64,000 nt of DNA from the human T2T-CHM13v2.0 reference genome, Homo sapiens: assembly GCF_009914755.1 (NCBI RefSeq), contig NC_060932.1; one strand, written 5' to 3'. Below the pieces are notes generated by a model. It was not told the origin of the DNA. It did no database searches and saw only the letters and a program-made list of their open reading frames with translations. Below, piece after piece: positions 54,318-64,000 of the stretch. Position numbers and translations under genes: made by a program. The first letter of the stretch is position 1. Every line of letters starts with the position of its first letter.

Positions 54318-57313
54318 TTATAGCCTGGGAGTTTAGTTATCTATTTCTTTCCAGGCTTGGCTCTTAGCCTCTTTTCTTCACCTCCCTCTAAGGATCTTCT
54401 CTTGGGAGAAGTATTCAGCAGATACTGAAGGATTATGACTCTAGGTCACTTTCTGACTATTTTCCCTCCCTTTCATGCAGGGTGTGTGAGACATGGGTTC
54501 CCAGCACAGATATTTTTTCTTTCTTATGTTCAAATGATATCATCAGCCTAATTTCTCCACAATTCTGATTAGATATCAAATTTATCATACAGTTTCTTGA
54601 ATTTCCCATTGGTCACAAATAGTATTAATATCCTTTAGAGTTACTAATTAAATCTAATTTTTGGATGCCTTAGCCCCCACACTTGAATCTTTTCCCCCCT
54701 CCTTGAAACTTGACCTTAAGCCTATTTAGAAATCCCAGTTCTCACTAAAGAGTAACGCTATGAATTTTGAGATGCTTTGAAGAATGCACAGGGATTTGTC
54801 ATACCCTACTTATTGGTTCTATTTTTGAGTCCATGTGAAATCTCAGCTTCCTCCCTCACCCCCAGTTTACTTTATAAATGCTCCTGCTAATCTAGCCCCC
54901 TTCTGATCTCCCTCATTGCTTTGGGCTAGTCTGAAGCAACAGAAGGACTTGCTAAATTTGTATATTCTTCCTGAGTCCTGGGGCTTTGTGGGAACAATTA
55001 TAAAAATTTACCAAGTCTGGAGAAGAAGGCCTTCGCAAATCTTGAGTGCGCAGGGAGAAGCGAATGTGTCTGGCGTTTCTGAGAAGATATTTGTTTATTC
55101 ATAAATCATTTATTGAACATCAGCTCTGTACTAGGCATTGAATTTTGAGCTTGCATTAGTCACGTAAGTCATAGTGTTTAAAGAGACCAAAGCCTGATAG
55201 ATGAAGATAGACTTTTCAACAATGATTGTCTCAGAGTATTTATAGGTAATATGATTAATTTATATACCAGGCCCAATGAGGAGACAAGGAAACATTCGAT
55301 AGAGGCTGGAGAAGCTTAGAGGGGTGACATTTTAGTTTTGAAGAGATGACCCAGTTGTAGGATGAGTTAAAAGGGTATGGCATGAGTCATAACTGTGAGA
55401 TAAGATACAGGCCTGTCATGAGATCTCTAAGTATCTCTGAAAGCTTAAAAGGGTAAAGATGGGGCTTACTAGGATATATGGTTGGAGAGTCAGCCAAGGA
55501 GAGCCAAGTATGACATATGAGGGCTTTGGATTTATCCTATGGACAAAAGAGAGCTTTGAAAGGTTCTAAGCAAGGTTGTTATATGACCAAATTTTCCTTT
55601 CAGAAAACCATTTCTTCAGCAAAATTTTGCGCTGAGATGAATTCAAGTACCATTGCAACAACTCACATAAGACAAAGGCCTCCAATGAAGGTGGGGTGGG
55701 TAGTGGGTGTGGCCAGGAGTAGGAGAAGATTGTGTGGGGGTGGTGAGGAGGTGGATGGGATGGAGGATGGAAAGAGAGGTTTCCAAAAGTTTTAAGAAGG
55801 TAGAATTGACAGGACATGGTGAGAGACTTGAAGTGGGTGATGAGAAAAAGGAAAAAGCATAATTTAGGGGAAATATGAATTTAGGCTTAGAATTTAGAAC
55901 TTTAGGTGCCAATGGAACTTCCAGTTGGAGTGGTTCATTGGACAGCCAAATATTTGAGACCATTACTCAAGAAGGCAGTTGACACAGACATCTTAGCCTC
56001 AAAGTTCCTTGAATCCTTCACTTTAAGGAGCTTCCTCAGTCTTCACTTCAGCAAACCATATCTACAGTCAAGTCTAGATCCTGACATCACCTTCACATGC
56101 TCTAAATTTGAAGAATTAAGGTCTGGTATGGCAATGTGACCACTGGTTCCTTGTATGTTCAAGCTATCTTATTGCTTTATATCCATATCTTTTCACTTAA
56201 TGACTCAATGACATGAAGTCACTCAATGAGTCATTAAGTCAAAGTCATTGAGACTTCATGTCTTGCCACATCTTCTTTTCTCCTAGTCCATCAGAGTTGG
56301 TCTTGTTATTCCTTCCTGTAACCAGTCTAGACTGAAAAGGAGCAGTCCTGCCCTTTAATATTTAGTACACACAACATGCTCATTCTTTTACTTTCTGACA
56401 TACTTATGTTGCAGACTCTTTATGTTGGATCTGGGAAGCTGAATGCTAAAGGGAAGCACATTATTGTACAGACAGGGGCCACCACTAATATGTAGATTAC
56501 AGTGGTTCCCTCAGCACTTCTGTATAATATATTTCTGTCCAGGTTCCTTTACTGAAAACTGTGGGACATTTCAAACCTTCACTGCTTTCTTCCTGTCTTC
56601 ATTCATACTGATACCCTGCCTCCAAACTCAACTGACATACGGTCTTATTCTCTGCTTCAAACAGTTGAAGGGACTATGTCTGACTCCTTCAACCATCCAG
56701 TGTCTTCAGACTTATTCAGGGGTTCACTTAAATGCCTTTTCCTCTGGTCACAAAGGAGAAGATAATTAAAAGATGTTAATATTCTAAGATCATTCTGTGT
56801 CCTTCACTTGCTTATTTCTGTTTTACTTATTCCTTCTTTCTCCTTTACATTGATCTCTCTGTATTGGTTTTTTCTTAGAGGACTGTGAGTTTAGTATAAA
56901 TTATGGAATGATATCCTTTAGGACAAAAAAGGAAAGAATGGTGGTTACATAGAATGAAGCACAAGGAATAACCCTTCTCATTTCAGCACACTGAGTACTG
57001 ACTTAGAGCTGCCATTGGGTTCAACTCTAGGTTGTACCCATGAGATTGTTAACATAGGAACTGAATTAAGAAAGTTAGAATGTCTGTTTTGAGACCAGGA
57101 CTCAAGGTGATACCAACATAGACTTGAGCTTTGTATTTTATTTAAACATCTGCCTATGTTGTGTAAGATTTCCTGTACTTTTGAAACCTAATGACATGAT
57201 ATCCCAGATGTTTAAAATCAATTATTTTTAATTCATTGCATGCTTGCTACGTTTCAAATTCTGGTCTCAAATTATGGAAATATCTCTAATTTTCCTATAA
57301 ATGTTGTGAGATG

Positions 57314-57497
57314 CAGTGGTGTGGAGCCACTTCACCCAGGCTCACAAGAGCTAATTTTGCACATCCCTTCCCAAACTCTGTGTTCAGTGACTTGAATCAG
57401 CTATAGCAGGAGGATTTACACTGTGGAATCAACACTCACTGCAAATTGAGGCTTTTTATTTCTTCATTTCAAGGACCTGGTTTACCAGCATACTACT
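57314..57497 (+). mobile_element. MER63-like hAT element
   Basis: cagtggtgtggagcc ... ggtttaccagcatactact terminal inverted repeats. Confidence 0.55.
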
Positions 57498-57770
57498 TAA
57501 GATAGGTCATATGTCCCCATTTTACAGCTGAAATTTAGGTTCAGAGAAATAACTCCCTAAATTAGGTTAACTGTGAAAGCTACATGGGTTTTTGGGAGGC
57601 AAGGCAAGATATTCTGTAAGAGAGTAAGACATTGTCTTTTCTCTTCTTTTCTCTTCTTATTCTCTTCTTAATCTTTTCTTTTTCTACTGAAGTTGTAGAC
57701 TGCAATTGGATTTAGACTTTCTCCATAGAAGTTTATATATCCTTGTGAACTGTATATCTTCCGTCTTCTG

Positions 57771-57942
57771 TTTTTTTTTTTTTTTCCCCTCACTCTGTTG
57801 CCCAGGCTGGAGTGCAGTGGCACAATCTCGGCTCAGTGCAACCTCCACCTCTGGGTTCAAAGGATTCTCTTGCCTCAGCCTCCCGAGTAGCTGGGATTAT
57901 GGGCATGTACCACCACACCTGGCTAATTTTTGTATTTTTAGT
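57771..57942 (-). mobile_element. 5'-truncated AluS (right arm plus linker)
   Basis: T-tract, ctcactctgttgcccaggctggagtgcagtgg ... aatttttgtatttttagta. Confidence 0.85.
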
Positions 57943-58456
57943 AATATTTTCTTGGTCCCTAATAAGTTATAATGTGAACATTTTGATGTTCTTTTATTTC
58001 TTTTACTTTCCTCATTAAACATAAATGGATCATAAGACAGTCTTTGAGATCTAGAGGTTGGTGTATGTTAGGATGTTATTTTTTGTTATGCTTGGTTTTC
58101 TAATAAATATATTTGCAAAATGTTCCCAACACTCAATTTATTAATGCTTATTCTATTACTAACCAGTTCTATAACCCTAAACAAGTTTTCTTAGTTGTTC
58201 AGGATGGGGATATGACCAGTGACCCCTAAGGTCATGGCCATTCATGCCACCATTAAAATTCTTATGCTTCTGATAAGTAGAGTATGCCCCAGTGTGCCCC
58301 TAAATTACTTTATTTAGGACTTAAATCCACATTAGTATTTACTGTGGATTTTTAGTCCTAAATAAAGTAATTTCAGTTTAATTTTATTAAAAATGTAGCT
58401 TTAGAGGTAGTTTCATTATTTTGTTGTGCAATAAGGTTTTTATTTTGTTTGAAAAG

Positions 58457-58558
58457 TTTCAGGATCTGAAGCTGAGGGAATTCTACTGTGAGGGAAACCC
58501 ACTGTTCCTGCAGCAGCCAGTGATTTCTACACAGCAGGAGAACGTCTGGAGTCTACAG
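58457..58558 (+). CDS. LRRC69: Internal coding exon (102 bp, phase 0-0): last LRR plus the GNPL cap motif
   Basis: ttttattttgtttgaaaag|TTTCAGGAT; encodes FQDLKLREFYCEGNPLFLQQPVISTQQENVWSLQ; donor CAG|gtgaag at 58559; continues the frame of 4607-4678. Confidence 0.88.
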
Positions 58559-59707
58559 GTGAAGACTTACCTCATTAACTTAAGTCTTCAAACTAAAGCC
58601 ACAATTTAAATTTTAAAGCGTTTTCTTTTAAAACATTCTTGCCAAGCCAGCAAATGATTAATGTAATCCTAGTCCATTGGCAATGTGGATCCTATACATA
58701 ATCTTTTTGACTTGCTTATAGAATCCAGTGAAATCCTAAGTCACTCTGATTCCCAGAGTGACTTAATTCAGAGAAATGGAAATATTTTGTAGGATGAATA
58801 AAAGAGAGAAATTTATTTTCACTTTAGCCTTTTCAGTGTTATTTAAAGATGTATTGATTTGTTCTTAGTGTAGTCTTTACCTCTTTCACTCCCTTTTTAC
58901 TCGTCTCTATCCCTAGTGGATGAATGAATATGATCCAGAAACTGTGTTCACTTCAGCAAAACAAGTTAATGGTATTAAAAGAAGGAACAGGAAAGCATAT
59001 TACAGAACTCTTTGGTAATAGACAAGTCAGAGATCACAGGTCCTCCCACATTTGGCTATGATTCTCCATCAAGAATTTAGATTTCTGAGATCCATTTGGG
59101 TCTGTAGCTAATGTGCAGGATTGTCATAAGACTTTTAGGATTTGTATGGGATCAACTTTCCTGGCTGCAGGAAACATCCAGTCTTGTCCAGTGGCTTACT
59201 TTGTTTTTTTTTTTTTAATTAAATTATTGTATGAATAATACCTGTTTATTGCAGAAAACAATAACATACAGATGAGCAATGGAGAAAATCAAAATTTCTT
59301 ATACTGACTTTTAAAAAGTTTCTTACTACAAAAGTAATACAAGCTCCCGTAGAGAAATTAGGGCAAAAAAAAGCCAATAGAAGTTAATAAAAATACTAAG
59401 AAATCAAATTAATGCTCTATGACATTTATTCTTTTAGAACTTTTTATGCATTCAAAATATTTTTGTAATTAAAGATGAGTTCAAACTCTATACACTATAT
59501 AGAGTTGTTTTTCCACTCAATTATTGTGAATAGCTTTCCAATCAGTAAAACAAAACAAAATAAAACCAGACCATGACATCTTTTTTGATGAATACATGGT
59601 ATTCTGTATATGATGATATCATAATATTTTTAACTACTTCCCCACTGTTGGATGTTTAAATTATTAATAATTTTCTGGCTTTTTAGCCTTTATAAACAAA
59701 GATACAA

Positions 59708-60020
59708 GGCTGGGCACAGTGTCTCATGCCTGAGGCCCCAGCAATTTGAGAGGTCATGGCAGGATGATTGCTTGAGCCCAGGAGTTTGAGACCAGCCTGG
59801 CCAACAGAGTGAGACCCCATCTCTACAAAATTTTAAAAACCTTAGCCAGGCATGGCAGTGTGTGCCTGTGGTCTCAGCTACTCAGGAGGCTTGAGCCCAG
59901 TAGGTTGAGTCTGCAATGAGTTGGGTTCATGCTACTGCACTCCAGCCTGGGTGACAGAGCAGGATCCTGTCTCAAACCCCCCCCCCCCCAAGTCAAAAAG
60001 CAACAACAACAAAAAGCAAA
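59708..60020 (+). mobile_element. AluJ with an internal deletion and a poly-C run in the tail
   Basis: ggctgggcacagtg ... gcttgagccca ... gtctcaaaccccccccccccccaag. Confidence 0.85.
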
Positions 60021-60309
60021 GGGACAGTGACCATTCTCATAGTACATTTTTAGTTCCTGTGCATATTATCCCTAAAAATGTAACTGCTGGGCCAAAGAAC
60101 TGACATCTTGTAAAGTTTGATTTATTTTTTTCAGATTCCCTTTCACAGAATATTTTCACAAACAGCATTATTTCTTACTCTTCTGTAACAGAAAAACATC
60201 TCATTTGAAATTTAATAGTAAATAATTTGAGTAACAGTTGTATTTAATTTTTTATTCCCTTATAACTTATTTTTTCTCCTTTCATCAATCATTTCAGTAT
60301 AATAATAGC

Positions 60310-60540
60310 AGCTAACACTTATTTTATGCCTATTATGGACAAGGTACTGTTCTAAGCACTTAACAGGAATAAACTAATTTAGTCCTCTACTAACCCTAAA
60401 AAGATAGGTATCATTATTGACCACTTTTTATAGATATAGAAATGGAGATTCAGGGAGGTCAAATAACTTATCTGAGGTCACAGAGCTACTAAGTGTTGGG
60501 ACAATGACGCCAACTTAAGCAGTTGGGTTCCAGACTCCCA
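60310..60540 (-). mobile_element. MIR (others at ~4250-4370, 6870-7060, 33560-33740, 34950-35160, 51440-51640)
   Basis: gtactgttctaagcactt ... gaaatggagattcagggaggtcaaataactt..gaggtcacagagcta core. Confidence 0.65.
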
Positions 60541-60774
60541 GCTGCAATATTGGTTCAGAAAGGGGATATAGGGAGCTGAGGGAAATGGAGACAGGGTCAT
60601 CCTGGGTTGGAGGAGGTTCTGGTTTGTGGAGGAGGCTGAATTAGCAGTTAACCCAATCTGGTAGCTGTCTTACAGAGAGCCTTCAAGGACAAGAACCTTG
60701 TCTGTGAGGGTGGTGAATGAGAGAGAAATTGTTCTAATTTTCAGAACTGTTGGGTCCAGGAGCACAAAAGTTAA

Positions 60775-64000
<3,226 letters not shown>

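Noticed and set aside
56443-56769. 108-aa ORF in non-repeat sequence, and similar 60-116 aa ORFs at 13211, 53638 and 55643
   Set aside because: No recognisable domain or exon structure, and some overlap L2 remnants. The lengths are compatible with chance in 64 kb.

Overview
Primate, almost certainly human, genomic DNA: AT-rich, CpG-poor and dense in Alu, L1, MaLR, MER, MIR and L2 repeats, including one intact AluYa5-lineage copy. The window covers three internal coding exons (2049-2244, 4607-4678, 58457-58558, + strand) of a leucine-rich-repeat gene that I recognise as LRRC69, with a ~53.8 kb intron between the last two. That intron holds a 5'-truncated processed ceruloplasmin pseudogene (26173-28930, + strand) inside a ~16 kb nest of L1 and LTR insertions. 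Almost all ORFs in the supplied track are L1 ORF2 fragments, Alu read-throughs or chance ORFs. I see no convincing new protein-coding system. The most unusual structures are: (1) a 124-bp perfect inverted copy of a neighbouring AluSp written into an AluY, probably by template switching; (2) the CP retrocopy, which carries a retained splice acceptor plus polyA signals in the host's sense orientation, like a natural gene trap, and records an exon-skipped, partly spliced RNA; (3) a short tract of shared rare variants between two L1 copies 44 kb apart, suggesting ectopic gene conversion; (4) two twin-primed inverted L1s; (5) a 68-bp knot of interlocked inverted repeats containing two AP-1 heptamers. 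Repeat family names and consensus comparisons are from memory and need RepeatMasker/Dfam confirmation.
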